Of a DNA stretch of 64,000 bases, positions 17,861 to 27,440 are shown in pieces. The notes below the pieces were generated by a model. The model ran no database searches and had not been told where the DNA came from. It was given only the letters and a program-made list of their open reading frames with translations. Both the position numbers and the translations under genes were made by a program. The stretch's first letter is position 1. Every line of letters begins with the position of its first letter. This DNA comes from Dehalococcoidia bacterium. Its GTDB lineage: Bacteria; Chloroflexota; Dehalococcoidia; SpSt-223. The stretch is taken from contig JAXLWW010000001.1 in assembly GCA_046328265.1 (NCBI GenBank), positions 565,414 through 629,413 of the forward strand. The letters are read 5' to 3'.

Positions 17861-18157
17861 ATGTACGCTATCGCCGTCGCCTGGAGCTTCCGCCGCGGGA
17901 ATGAGGACCTCATTCGCTTCGGCTACCGTGAGGTGATGCTTCCCGCCGCCCGGCATCGACCCGGTTTCCGACATGGCTATGTCGTTCGGATCGCCCCGGA
18001 CGCCTGGTTGACGGTCCTGCTGTTCGAGTCCCAGGCATTGCTGGAGGCCGCGATGACCGAACTGTCACCGCTCATCCGCCGCCACCACGGCCGGGTGCTG
18101 GCCGGGATGCAGCGCTATGCCGGCGAGGTAGAACTCGAGGAGGCTGCTATGCCGTGA
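17861..18157 (+). CDS. Small hypothetical protein, possibly antibiotic-biosynthesis-monooxygenase (ABM)/Dabb-like.
   Basis: 98 aa with an alternating pattern compatible with a ferredoxin-like ABM fold. Weak. Confidence 0.35.
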   Translation: MYAIAVAWSFRRGNEDLIRFGYREVMLPAARHRPGFRHGYVVRIAPDAWLTVLLFESQALLEAAMTELSPLIRRHHGRVLAGMQRYAGEVELEEAAMP

Positions 18158-18232
18158 CTGGCGCACCCTTCGTCACCGCAACGACGACCGAGCCAGGTCG
18201 AAAGCACCTCACCGATCGAAGGAGGAAGAGGC

Positions 18233-18676
18233 ATGTCCAGCGAGAAGAACAAGGCCCTCGTGTCCCGGTTCCACGACGAACTCTGGAATAAGCAAAACGC
18301 CGCCATCGTCGACGAGATGTGTGCGCCGTCCTACGCAGCATTCTTGGCGGGCGCACCGGTCGGTGGCGCCGATGGGCTGAAGATGGCGGCCGGCGCCTGG
18401 TATCTCGCCTTTCCCGATTTGCGCTTCACCGATGAACAATTGGTCGCCGATGGCGGTCAGGTCGCCGTTCGGTGGAGCGCCCGGGTCACCCACACCGGCC
18501 CATTGCACGGTCCCGGCGGAACCATCCCCGCAACCAATCGGCCGGCGATCTTCACCGGTATCGGCTTGTTCACCATCGAAGACGGCAAGATCATCGAACA
18601 GCGCGTTGAGCTTGATCAGCTTGGCTTGATGCAGCAACTTGGGGTGATCCCGGCTCCGACCGCGCCCGTCGCATAG
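18233..18676 (+). CDS. SnoaL-like ester cyclase / NTF2-like family protein.
   Basis: NKALVSRFHDELWNKQNAAIVDEMCAPSY...GIGLFTIEDGKIIEQRVELDQLGLMQQLG is a typical ester-cyclase pattern. RBS GGAGGAAGAGG upstream. Confidence 0.6.
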   Translation: MSSEKNKALVSRFHDELWNKQNAAIVDEMCAPSYAAFLAGAPVGGADGLKMAAGAWYLAFPDLRFTDEQLVADGGQVAVRWSARVTHTGPLHGPGGTIPATNRPAIFTGIGLFTIEDGKIIEQRVELDQLGLMQQLGVIPAPTAPVA

Positions 18677-18792
18677 CTGCGCTCCCCGCCAGACCCCTTC
18701 AAGCTCCCGGCCACCCGCCGGGGGCTTTCGCGATCCTCTCGGGCGGTCGCGGGAGACCGGGAATTCGTCCGCACCTCGCCGGCCGGTCAGGT

Positions 18793-19902
18793 ATGATGCA
18801 TTCATCGCAACGCGAGGAGGGAAGCGTGCGGATCGGGATCGCGTCGAGTCTCCGACCGATGCCGGGCGGCAGTTGGCAGGATTCGGTTGACAATCTGCGC
18901 TGGGTTGCCCAGTTTGCGGACCGCCATGGCTACCACGCCCTTTGGATGACCGAGCATCACTTCTTCGATCAGATCGGGACCGGGTCGCCAAATCTCCTGC
19001 TCGGCCATCTCGCAGCCTTCACTACCCGGCTGCGGCTGGGTGTTACGGTCAATCTGCTGCCGTTTCACCATCCGGTGCGGCTGGCCGAAGACCTTCTCTT
19101 GCTCGATCAAGTGAGTGGCGGTCGGCTGGACATCGGGATCGGCCGCGGTCATGCTCCGCTCGAGGTCGCGGTGCTTTCGCGCGATGCCGATCGCTCACGC
19201 GAGCTTTTCGACGATGGGTATCAGATCCTCGCTCACGCCTTTACCGGCGAGCCATTCGCCTTCGAGGGAATAACGACCAGTCTGCCACGCATCCAGGTGT
19301 TCCCGGGGCCGGTCCAGCGGATTGATCGGGCGGTGCCATTTTCCGGCCCGCCCTTCTACATGCCAATCACCTCGCCGCAGTCAATCGCCTACGCCGCCGA
19401 GCATGGGATCATCCCGCTGGTCGGCTATAGCAACCCCGAGCAGATAGCGGCATCGGTTCGCAACTTCGAGGCTGCGGCGGCGGCCGCCGGGGTCGGCGAG
19501 GAGCAACTCACCTGGGCGCTCGACCGGGTGGCAACCAACCGCCCGGTCTGCGTGGCCGACTCGCGCGACGAGGCCGAAGAATACATCCGCAGCCAGAGCG
19601 CCTACAGCCGGTATACCTTCGAAATGTGCCGTCTACCGGTCGGCGATCCGGGCTACACGCCCGAAGTCCCGCATCTTCCCCCCTACGACGGGCCAATCGA
19701 CGATCGCGGCGGCGCGATCTTCGGCACTCGCGATGATGTCGTCGAACGGATCCGAGACCTGGGAACTCTGGGCGTCCGCCAACTGGCGGTTGCCTTCGGG
19801 TTCTACACACCGGCCACGGTCTTCCGCCGCCAGCTTGAGCGGTTCACCGAGGAGGTCATGCCGCTGGTTTCCCAGAACAGTCTGCCCCATGGAGGACGCT
19901 GA
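18793..19902 (+). CDS. LLM-class flavin/F420-dependent oxidoreductase.
   Basis: HALWMTEHHF, LRLGVTVNLLPFHHPVRLAEDLLLLDQVSGGRLDIGIGRGH is the LLM TIM-barrel signature. Confidence 0.8.
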   Translation: MMHSSQREEGSVRIGIASSLRPMPGGSWQDSVDNLRWVAQFADRHGYHALWMTEHHFFDQIGTGSPNLLLGHLAAFTTRLRLGVTVNLLPFHHPVRLAEDLLLLDQVSGGRLDIGIGRGHAPLEVAVLSRDADRSRELFDDGYQILAHAFTGEPFAFEGITTSLPRIQVFPGPVQRIDRAVPFSGPPFYMPITSPQSIAYAAEHGIIPLVGYSNPEQIAASVRNFEAAAAAAGVGEEQLTWALDRVATNRPVCVADSRDEAEEYIRSQSAYSRYTFEMCRLPVGDPGYTPEVPHLPPYDGPIDDRGGAIFGTRDDVVERIRDLGTLGVRQLAVAFGFYTPATVFRRQLERFTEEVMPLVSQNSLPHGGR

Positions 19903-21488
19903 TGCGCGCCGGCTTGGTTCGTCTCTCGCTTCTGTCGATGGTGATTGTGGCAGCCTGTGCGCCGGCGCCGACCTCGTCAATTCCGCCGCCGCCGGCCGTA
20001 CCGGGCGATGTTCGCGAAGAACAGCAGATCCTGCGCGCTGCCGTGAGCGGGTTGCCCGCGAACATGACACCCCAGGTCTCCGCTTCGGCCTTCTATATGT
20101 TCTGGCCTTTTTACGACAACCTGACCCAGTTTGGCCCGAATTTCGAGCCACGACCGGCTGTGGCGGAAAAATGGTCGCTCTCGGCTGACGGACTGACCTG
20201 GACCTTCACCATTCGCAAGGACATGAAATGGACCGACGGTTCGCCGCTTACTGCTGAGGACGTCGCCTTTACCTTCTCGCAGGTCGTCGACTCCGGCTGG
20301 CCGCAACGATCCTTCTTTACAACCGTCACCGGCGCGAAGGCGATCAACGATACCACCGTTGACGTGACGACCCGGACGGTCGACATGAGCGTGCCAAACG
20401 GCGGAGCGTTCTTTTGGGTGGTGCCAAAGAAGTATTTCGAGTCGGTCGGTGGTTTCAACGGGTTCCGCGACAAGCCGATGGGGTCCGGACCGTACGAACT
20501 CGTCGACTTCAAGGCGAACGACCAGATTCGATTCCGGAAGAAGAGCACGCCCCATGCCTATCGGCGGGCGATCGCCGATGAAATTCAACTGCGGGCGATC
20601 CCTGAGCCGATCCAGTTGATCAACGGACTGCGGACCAATGAGATCGACATCGTCCCCTTCACCAACCTGACCGCCGAGAACGCCGAAGGACTGCGTCGGT
20701 CGGGAATGGTGGTGAATGCCTTCCACGTTTCGAATGTCTCGTACTCGATCCCGCAAGGGCCAAACGAAGTCCGTCAGTCGCCTTTGCGCGACAAGCGGGT
20801 CCGGCTGGCGCTCAACTATGCGGTCAACAAAGAAGCGATCGCCAAGACGGTCTATCGTGGCTTTGCCCAGCCGGTCGGTCAGTTTGCCGTCCCCGGAAGT
20901 GTCCTCTGGGATCCAGAAATCAAGCCCTTCCCCTACGACCCGGCAATGGCAAAACGGTTGCTGGCCGAAGCGGGTTACCCGAACGGTTTCAAGCTTCCCT
21001 ACGGGCTGGACTTTTCGCCAATGAGCCTGCAAGACACGGTGCTGGCGGTGCATGGTGACTTGTTGGCGGTCGGCGTCGAGGCTGACCTGAGGAACAACGA
21101 GAACGCGGTCATGCAAGACAAGATCTTTGGCCGCAACAATCAGCTACTGGGTGACATTTATGCCGGCGGGACCGGCGACCAGAATGGCTTTGGCGCAACC
21201 GTCCGGACCACCAATGGCTGCGGCAGGCCCGCCGGCGCGCCTGCCAACAACGTCTGGTATTGCAACCCGGAATGGGAGCGCGTCTTCGACCAACTCTACA
21301 CCGAGCGCGACGCCGCAAGGCGCCAGCAACTGGGTCGTCAGGTCACCGCTATCTTCCGTGAAGACGTGCCGGCGATCTTCGTGGTGCTGTCGCCGCTCTA
21401 TGTCGTCCACACGTCAAAGGTCCGTGACGTTCAGGTGCCGGCATCGATCGGCAACTGGAATATGGATTCGGTCTACAAGGTGAAATAG
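19902..21488 (+). CDS. ABC-transporter substrate-binding lipoprotein, family 5 (DppA/OppA/NikA-like). No permease or ATPase genes adjacent.
   Basis: Lipoprotein signal ...IVAACAP. 528 aa. Conserved SBP_bac_5 blocks (GSGPYELVDFKANDQIRFRK, ALNYAVNKEAI). Confidence 0.85.
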   Translation: MRAGLVRLSLLSMVIVAACAPAPTSSIPPPPAVPGDVREEQQILRAAVSGLPANMTPQVSASAFYMFWPFYDNLTQFGPNFEPRPAVAEKWSLSADGLTWTFTIRKDMKWTDGSPLTAEDVAFTFSQVVDSGWPQRSFFTTVTGAKAINDTTVDVTTRTVDMSVPNGGAFFWVVPKKYFESVGGFNGFRDKPMGSGPYELVDFKANDQIRFRKKSTPHAYRRAIADEIQLRAIPEPIQLINGLRTNEIDIVPFTNLTAENAEGLRRSGMVVNAFHVSNVSYSIPQGPNEVRQSPLRDKRVRLALNYAVNKEAIAKTVYRGFAQPVGQFAVPGSVLWDPEIKPFPYDPAMAKRLLAEAGYPNGFKLPYGLDFSPMSLQDTVLAVHGDLLAVGVEADLRNNENAVMQDKIFGRNNQLLGDIYAGGTGDQNGFGATVRTTNGCGRPAGAPANNVWYCNPEWERVFDQLYTERDAARRQQLGRQVTAIFREDVPAIFVVLSPLYVVHTSKVRDVQVPASIGNWNMDSVYKVK

Positions 21489-21508
21489 CGACCAGGAGGG
21501 TTCGTCCG

Positions 21509-22591
21509 ATGCGGATCGGGATCGGCACCACGCTCTGGCGTACCTGCGGCCATCCAGACTGGGACAAAGGAAACGACGCCTGGCCGAGCGAGATCGAACA
21601 TCTCATGTGGCAGGCGCGAATCGCCGACGAAGGCGGCTTCGACAGCGTCTGGCTGACCGAACATCACTTTTCCCATTGGTCTTCGGCGAGCGCCCCCTCG
21701 GTCATCCTCACCAACATGGCCGCGATAACCAGGCGGGTTCGGATTGGCTACGGCGTCGCCTTGGTGCCGTTCCACCACCCGGTGCATCTCGTGTCGGAGA
21801 TGCTCTGGGTGGACCAACTGAGCCGCGGCAGGCTCAACGTCGGATTGGGCCGCGGCCACGTCGCGTTGGAGGCAGCCGCCTTCGGAGCCAACCCAGATAC
21901 CAGCCGCCGCTCATTCGAAGAGGCGATGGAGGTGATCGTCCCGGCGTTGGAGGGTCGGCCGACGCCGAAGATCGATGGCGAGGTCTGGAAGATCCCCTCT
22001 CTGGAGATCACACCCGGCCCATTTCAAAAGCCACGACCGCCGATCTACATCGTCGCCACGTCCGACCATTCGTTGCGCTACTCGGCGCGGTGGCGCGCTC
22101 ATCCGATCTTTGGGATCGATAGCGCGGCAGGGTTAAAGCGGCAGATGGACCGCTTCCGCGAGATCGCGGCCGAAGGGGGCTTGGGCGAGACAGAAACCGA
22201 TCATCTGCTTTCGAATGCGAAGGCGACGCGGAAACTGATCGTCTCGCCTAGCCGAGCGGAAGCAGAGGAAGAATCGTTGCGGAGCCTCGCCGAACTCCAT
22301 CAGGCCTACCTTCGCGGGTTGCACCAGCCAGGCGACCCATCGCTTTGGGGTCCCTGGCGGCCGGTTACCGCTCAAGCTTTCTATGAGGAGTCTGCCGCCC
22401 CGATGCGCGGTGGCGAGCGGCATCATGTCTTCTGTGGGACACCGGACGATGTGGTTGAACAGATTCGCGCCTTCGAGGACGAGACCGGGATCCACCTTAT
22501 CTCGACCGCCGTCTCATCGCCGGGCATCGATCGGGCGTTTTGCGAGCGCAACCTGCGGTTGCTGATCGACGAAGTGCTGCCGCGGGTGTAG
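21509..22591 (+). CDS. LLM-class flavin/F420-dependent oxidoreductase (second copy in this cluster).
   Basis: DSVWLTEHHF..., VALVPFHHPVHLVSEMLWVDQLSRGRLNVGLGRGH. Confidence 0.8.
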   Translation: MRIGIGTTLWRTCGHPDWDKGNDAWPSEIEHLMWQARIADEGGFDSVWLTEHHFSHWSSASAPSVILTNMAAITRRVRIGYGVALVPFHHPVHLVSEMLWVDQLSRGRLNVGLGRGHVALEAAAFGANPDTSRRSFEEAMEVIVPALEGRPTPKIDGEVWKIPSLEITPGPFQKPRPPIYIVATSDHSLRYSARWRAHPIFGIDSAAGLKRQMDRFREIAAEGGLGETETDHLLSNAKATRKLIVSPSRAEAEEESLRSLAELHQAYLRGLHQPGDPSLWGPWRPVTAQAFYEESAAPMRGGERHHVFCGTPDDVVEQIRAFEDETGIHLISTAVSSPGIDRAFCERNLRLLIDEVLPRV

Positions 22592-22671
22592 GGACCGACT
22601 CCTTTGCGCCGCTCGCGAACTCGAACTACAAGTCAAGGTTAGCGATTTTGGGAGTGGTCGGCGCGCCCACG

Positions 22672-23610
22672 CTAACAAGCCCCTTGATTGTTCTGTTCGG
22701 TGGGCGATGGTTCTAGTTCGTGAGTTTCGAGAACGATCCACCCGTCGCCTTTGACTGCATTCTTGCCAACGTGGATAACCTCCCCCCATCTTAGCCAGGG
22801 GAGCAAGGGGGAGAGATCGCCGCGCCAGGTGGCCTGGCCAACGAGACCGCCGGTAGGAGTGACGCGACCCGAGCGGCGCGATCCGCTCCAGGTATCCCGC
22901 CAACGGGTAGAGTCCTCCATCAACACGGCTGCGCTTGCCGGTCTGCCAAGGTCGTGATCGAGCGAACGCCAGGCTTCGGGCGGTGGCGGACCGTCGCCAT
23001 AGAGGGTCGAGAGTGCCTCGACCCGCTCGAGGAGCCGACGTAGGAGAATACTCAGGTCAGGGCTTCGGACGAGCGCCCCGCGCTCGGTCAGGCGTAGAGG
23101 CGTCTTGAGGTCAATGGTGAGTGCGCTTGCTGCGCCGCCGGCTACCACATCGTCCGTTACGTCACCGTCTTGGTTGTCGCGCGGCGAGCGGCGCATGACC
23201 GAATCGAGTACCGAACGTCCGCGGCCACGACCAATCCCGTGCTCGGCGGCAAGCACAATTGCTGTGCTGACCGCGTCTTCGAAATCAATGGCCGGCCCAA
23301 TCAGGGTAACGCCGACGCGCCAGGTTTCGCCGACGGCTGCCGTCGCGTTCTCAGGTTCGATTGTGAAGGGGCGAGGTAGATCGCGCCCACGCGGCCAGGC
23401 CGGGTCGGTCCCACCCACCAGCAAGCAGAACGGACATGTTTGACGATGGTCTGGGTTGGGGGCGGGACCGTCGGGACAGGCAAGAGCACGAAGCGCGGTG
23501 ACGAACGCGCCGCGGAGCGCCGAGCCGGGATTGCTTCCCAGGTCGATCAGGTCGAAAGCACGCAGGGTAAACCAAAGCCGCCGCGCTCGCAGCCCGGTCT
23601 GGAGCGTCAC
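22672..23610 (-). CDS. Cas6-like RAMP-fold protein (solitary). GTG start overlaps the aceE stop (GTGA).
   Basis: N-terminus RLWFTLRAFDLIDLGSNPGSALRGAFVTALRAL and C-terminus GLVGQATWRGDLSPLLPWLRWGEVIHVGKNAVKGDGWIVL resemble the Cas6 pattern (G.vG.v...gd..l..ll.lgE..hvGk.t..G.G), including the G-x5-G-x-G glycine-rich loop. No CRISPR repeats adjacent. Identification is from remembered family signatures only. Confidence 0.45.
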   Translation of the reverse strand: MTLQTGLRARRLWFTLRAFDLIDLGSNPGSALRGAFVTALRALACPDGPAPNPDHRQTCPFCLLVGGTDPAWPRGRDLPRPFTIEPENATAAVGETWRVGVTLIGPAIDFEDAVSTAIVLAAEHGIGRGRGRSVLDSVMRRSPRDNQDGDVTDDVVAGGAASALTIDLKTPLRLTERGALVRSPDLSILLRRLLERVEALSTLYGDGPPPPEAWRSLDHDLGRPASAAVLMEDSTRWRDTWSGSRRSGRVTPTGGLVGQATWRGDLSPLLPWLRWGEVIHVGKNAVKGDGWIVLETHELEPSPTEQNNQGAC

Positions 23611-25994
23611 GCCGCGAGATCGAGTGCCGCAAACGCTGCGGCGATGATCGCGTCGGCGTCAATGCCGAAATGGCGATAGAGGTCGGCACGCGTCCCGGAT
23701 TGACCAAACTGATCGACGCCCAATGGAACGACCGGAGCGCCGAAGATGCCACCCAGAAAGGCAAGGCCGTGTGATGCGCCATCGGCGACGGTGACGATTG
23801 GCGCTCGCCGCTCGTCCCCCGGAATGAGTGTCTCCAACTGGCCGAGGCTGCTCGTCCCGCCGGCGCGCTGATGGCGTCGTCCGGCTGTTGCCGATACAAA
23901 GAGCCGGTTTGCGCTGGTGATGGCCAGAACGTTGGCCGCGACGCCTTCCCGGTGCAGTCGGCGAGCGGCCTCGACCGCCTCCGGAGTCATGGTTCCAGCG
24001 ACGGCGATCTGGACGATTGCCGACGGATCCGTGTCGGGCGCATCGTAGCGAGCGTCAATCAGCCGATAGCCGCCGGTCAGGACCTGACGCCGAAGCTCCT
24101 GTTCGCCGAGTCTGGCGAGCGCGCCATCGAGCAGTTGTTGGGCCAATGGTTTTGTTGAGAGCCGCAGATATGTGGAGCGCCCGTGCTTGCGGTCGGCGCA
24201 CTGACGCAGAGCTTCGAGCAGGATCCATTCGACTTCGCGGGCAAAAGCCGGCTCGTAGCTGATCAGGTTTGGCAGTTCCAGGCCGAGAGATGGAGTGACG
24301 GTCGATTGGTGTGCTCCACCTTCCGGGCTGAGCGAGATCCCAGACGGCGTACCGACGACAATGAACTTTGCTTCCGAATACAGACCGTGGATAAAGGCGT
24401 CCAACCCGCGAAGGACAAAGGGGTCGTAGACGGTCCCGATCGGGAGCAGAAGTTGGCCCAACAACTCTTGAGAAAGCCCGAGTTGCTCGAGCAGCAAGAA
24501 CAGGTTCATTTCCGAGATGCCAAGCTCGATGTGCTGGCCGGTTGGGCTGGGCTGCCAGCGTACCGGTTGCGGGCCCGTCTCGAAACTGTCCTCACCGGTC
24601 GCACTATAGACCCCGACGCGGTTGATCCAGCCGCCAAGGTTGGTCGAGACCGCGACGTCCGGCGCGACGGTGACGATCCGGGCGCCGATTTCCGGCAGGC
24701 GCGACAGTTCGACCAGCAACCGGCCGAGCGTCTCCTGAGTTGAGGTGATGGAAAGCGGGCGATGATCGATCTGGGGCGGGATGTCGTCGGGCGTCAGGGC
24801 AAGCACGTCGGATGGTTCGGCTGGTTCGCGAAGCCGGTTGGTCGCACGCTGACACAACTCCGCCTCGAGCGTGCCGCTCGGAAAGCGCGGCCATTCGTCC
24901 TCCGACGGGATACCCAGTCGAACCGCCAAGTCCTCCACCTGCTTGCCGGTCAGCAGGGCCGAATGGTTGAGCGGGTGACCGGCAATCGGCAACCCCCAGC
25001 CCTTGATGGTGTAGGCGAACACGACGCTCGGACGGTCGCGAACGCTGGCGGCTTGGTGAAGCACTTTCAGCAGTTCGCCAATGTCATGGCCACCAAGGTC
25101 GCTCAGCAAGTCGGGAATATCGGCGTCTGCGAAGAGCGCGAGCGCGCGCTCGACGCCGGCTGGGTCATCCGACCCGACGATAAGGCGCTCGCGGCAAATC
25201 GCGCCAGGCAACCGGATCGCCGCCTGGTATTCCTCGTTGCTCATGTCGTCAATTCGGGTGCGAAACGCTGCCCCACCTGGTCCAGCGAACACCTGCTGCA
25301 GTCGTCGGCCATATTTCGCTTCGACGACATGCCAGTCGCTGTCGCGAAACAGGGCTTGGAGTTGGCGGGCACGGATACCCGGGACGACCCGGTCAAGGCT
25401 CTGTCGGTTGAGATCAACGATCCAGATGACATTGCCAACATCGCGCAGATGCTCCTCGGTCACGGCCTCCCAGACGTTCCCTTCGTCCAGTTCCGCGTCG
25501 CCGACGAGCGCGATATACCGGCGATCTTCTGGGCCGCCGAAGTGAAAGCGGACATAGCGATCGGCGAGGGCGGCAAAGGCCGGCGCGGCAGCGCCTAGAC
25601 CGACCGATCCTGTCGAAAAGTCCACCGGGTCCGGGTCTTTCGTTCGACTTGGGTAGGCCTGAAGTCCGCCGAAACTGCGCAGGGTGGTGAGGTAGCGACG
25701 GTCGAGATTACCCAGCAGGTATTGGACAGCGTGATAGGCTGGCGAGGCGTGCGGTTTGACCGCCACGCGATCACCGGCGCGGAGAAACGAAAAGTACAGC
25801 GCCGTCAACGTCGCGACCATCGATGCCGACGAAGCTTGATGGCCACCGACCTTGGTGCCATCGACATCAGGACGGAGATTGTTGGCGTGGTGGACGATGT
25901 TCGTCGATAGCCAGAGCACTCGGCGTTGGATCCGATCGAGTGCGGCAAGTTCCTCTGGAGACGGCAGCCAATCGTGTGCCGGAGCTTGACGCAT
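23607..25994 (-). CDS. aceE: Pyruvate dehydrogenase E1 component, homodimeric AceE type (ThDP-dependent). Start placed at the ATG with a strong SD; the longest ORF begins at GTG 26054.
   Basis: Blocks collinear with E. coli AceE: LDRIQRRVLWLSTNIVHHAN, GGHQASSASMVATLTALYFSFLRA, FSTGSVGLG, LVGDAELDEGNVWE, VIWIVDLNRQSLD, and C-terminal FGQSGTRADLYRHFGIDADAII. SD AAGGAGG lies 6 nt before ATG 25994. Confidence 0.9.
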   Translation of the reverse strand: MRQAPAHDWLPSPEELAALDRIQRRVLWLSTNIVHHANNLRPDVDGTKVGGHQASSASMVATLTALYFSFLRAGDRVAVKPHASPAYHAVQYLLGNLDRRYLTTLRSFGGLQAYPSRTKDPDPVDFSTGSVGLGAAAPAFAALADRYVRFHFGGPEDRRYIALVGDAELDEGNVWEAVTEEHLRDVGNVIWIVDLNRQSLDRVVPGIRARQLQALFRDSDWHVVEAKYGRRLQQVFAGPGGAAFRTRIDDMSNEEYQAAIRLPGAICRERLIVGSDDPAGVERALALFADADIPDLLSDLGGHDIGELLKVLHQAASVRDRPSVVFAYTIKGWGLPIAGHPLNHSALLTGKQVEDLAVRLGIPSEDEWPRFPSGTLEAELCQRATNRLREPAEPSDVLALTPDDIPPQIDHRPLSITSTQETLGRLLVELSRLPEIGARIVTVAPDVAVSTNLGGWINRVGVYSATGEDSFETGPQPVRWQPSPTGQHIELGISEMNLFLLLEQLGLSQELLGQLLLPIGTVYDPFVLRGLDAFIHGLYSEAKFIVVGTPSGISLSPEGGAHQSTVTPSLGLELPNLISYEPAFAREVEWILLEALRQCADRKHGRSTYLRLSTKPLAQQLLDGALARLGEQELRRQVLTGGYRLIDARYDAPDTDPSAIVQIAVAGTMTPEAVEAARRLHREGVAANVLAITSANRLFVSATAGRRHQRAGGTSSLGQLETLIPGDERRAPIVTVADGASHGLAFLGGIFGAPVVPLGVDQFGQSGTRADLYRHFGIDADAIIAAAFAALDLAA

Positions 25995-26072
25995 CACCCC
26001 TCCTTGGGAACATCGCGGTTCGCCCGAAAAGGGTACCACGTCACCTTGAACCACGAAGAAGCGGTGCGCGAG

Positions 26073-27440
26073 TTATTGCAGGAAGGGAAGCTCTAACACT
26101 GCCGCAGTAATTGGCTGGAAGATGAGCCAAGGCAGCAACCCGAGGAGAAGTGAGATGAGCGCGAGGAGAAGGAGCCCGACGGTTGCGCCGAGGCTTTCAC
26201 GAGCGACCACTTCGGCGGGTGGCCGTCCAAGGAAGATCGCCCGAAAGGCTCGAAGGAAGGCGAACAGCAGCATCAGGTTGACCGCGCTCAGGCCAAGGGC
26301 CAGCCAGGGATTTGAATCGACCGCCAAGCGCGCCAACACCCAACGGCCCGGGAATGCGGCGAACAGCGGCACGCCGCCGATCGTCAAGCTCGCCGCCAGA
26401 AACGCAAGAGCGGTGCCCGGAAGCTGAGCGATCAAACCGAGCGGGGAGCCGATCTCGACCGACCCGACTCGCCGCTCGAGTTGACCAACCAGCGCCCAGA
26501 GCATCACGACCGCCAGGAGATTCGCGACAAGCACCGCCACCGCCGCGGTCACACTCGATCCCGAGCCGACCGAAATGCCGTACAGGACAAACCCAAGCTC
26601 TGCCGAACTGCCGTAGACGATCAGCCGTCGCAAGTCGCTGGCATTGAGCGCCAGGAGCGCTCCGCCGGCCGCGGTCACAACCGCCCCCACGGCCATGATT
26701 GCCCGGTTGCGCTCGGGTAGCACCAGCCAGGGTGCATCCGCTAACGTCGAAAACACGAGGACGATCGCCGTGAGATTGATCACCGCACACGCCAGGACGA
26801 CTGCCGCCGGTGGTGCAATGAAGGCGAAATCGGGCAGCCACATCTGAAAGGGAAAGGCGGCAATACGAAGACCAATTCCAATGACCAGCAGCGCCAACAC
26901 CACCTGGGCGATGGTACGCGTCTCACCTGCAATGCGGGTCGTCTCAATCAATGCGAATGCTGCCAGCAGGCCAAGCGCCGAGACGGCGGTCAGGGTGAGA
27001 TACTTCGAGCCGGCGAGCGCTTCGCGCACCAGCGTCGTGGCGGCCGGTGTGCGTGCCGGCAGCATGAACAGGACGCACACCCCGGCAAGTTGTAGAAAGA
27101 GACTGGCAAGAAATGGGTTGGTGACCAGGGTTCCGCCGATTGCTGCGCCATTGACAAGCAGCGCGGTCGGCGCAACTGCACGCGACTCGCGCTCACCCAG
27201 TGCGCAGGCTCCGACGAAGCCGATGAGGATCAACGGGATGAACAGCCGATCAAGCGGCTGGACCAACAATTGGACGCCGCCCATTTGAATGCTGTCCTCG
27301 CTACTCGCCAAGACCGTCAACACAAACTGAGCCGCGGCGGTCATCACCGAGATCCCCAGCCCAGCGCGTCGCCCAAGCAAGAGCGCCAGCGGCGCAGCCA
27401 GCCAGGGGACGAGTACCGCCGCCAGCAGGTGAAGCGCCAT
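26073..27440 (-). CDS. Proton-conducting membrane transporter subunit (NuoN/MrpD-like antiporter-type).
   Basis: 455 aa, ~14 TM helices. Conserved FPFQMWLPDFAFIAPPAAVVLA motif of the NuoL/M/N (Proton_antipo_M) family. Confidence 0.75.
   Translation of the reverse strand: MALHLLAAVLVPWLAAPLALLLGRRAGLGISVMTAAAQFVLTVLASSEDSIQMGGVQLLVQPLDRLFIPLILIGFVGACALGERESRAVAPTALLVNGAAIGGTLVTNPFLASLFLQLAGVCVLFMLPARTPAATTLVREALAGSKYLTLTAVSALGLLAAFALIETTRIAGETRTIAQVVLALLVIGIGLRIAAFPFQMWLPDFAFIAPPAAVVLACAVINLTAIVLVFSTLADAPWLVLPERNRAIMAVGAVVTAAGGALLALNASDLRRLIVYGSSAELGFVLYGISVGSGSSVTAAVAVLVANLLAVVMLWALVGQLERRVGSVEIGSPLGLIAQLPGTALAFLAASLTIGGVPLFAAFPGRWVLARLAVDSNPWLALGLSAVNLMLLFAFLRAFRAIFLGRPPAEVVARESLGATVGLLLLALISLLLGLLPWLIFQPITAAVLELPFLQ

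Noticed and set aside
16643-17974. 443-aa ORF antisense to the alpha/beta-hydrolase-LuxR gene. Similar long antisense ORFs lie at 47048-48721, 19977-21116, 33611-35449, 56205-57740, 28815-29783 and 14591-15364.
   Set aside because: High-GC genomes produce long stop-free antisense frames. All of these overlap genes with strong motif support, show no recognisable domains, and have Arg/Pro/Gly-biased composition.
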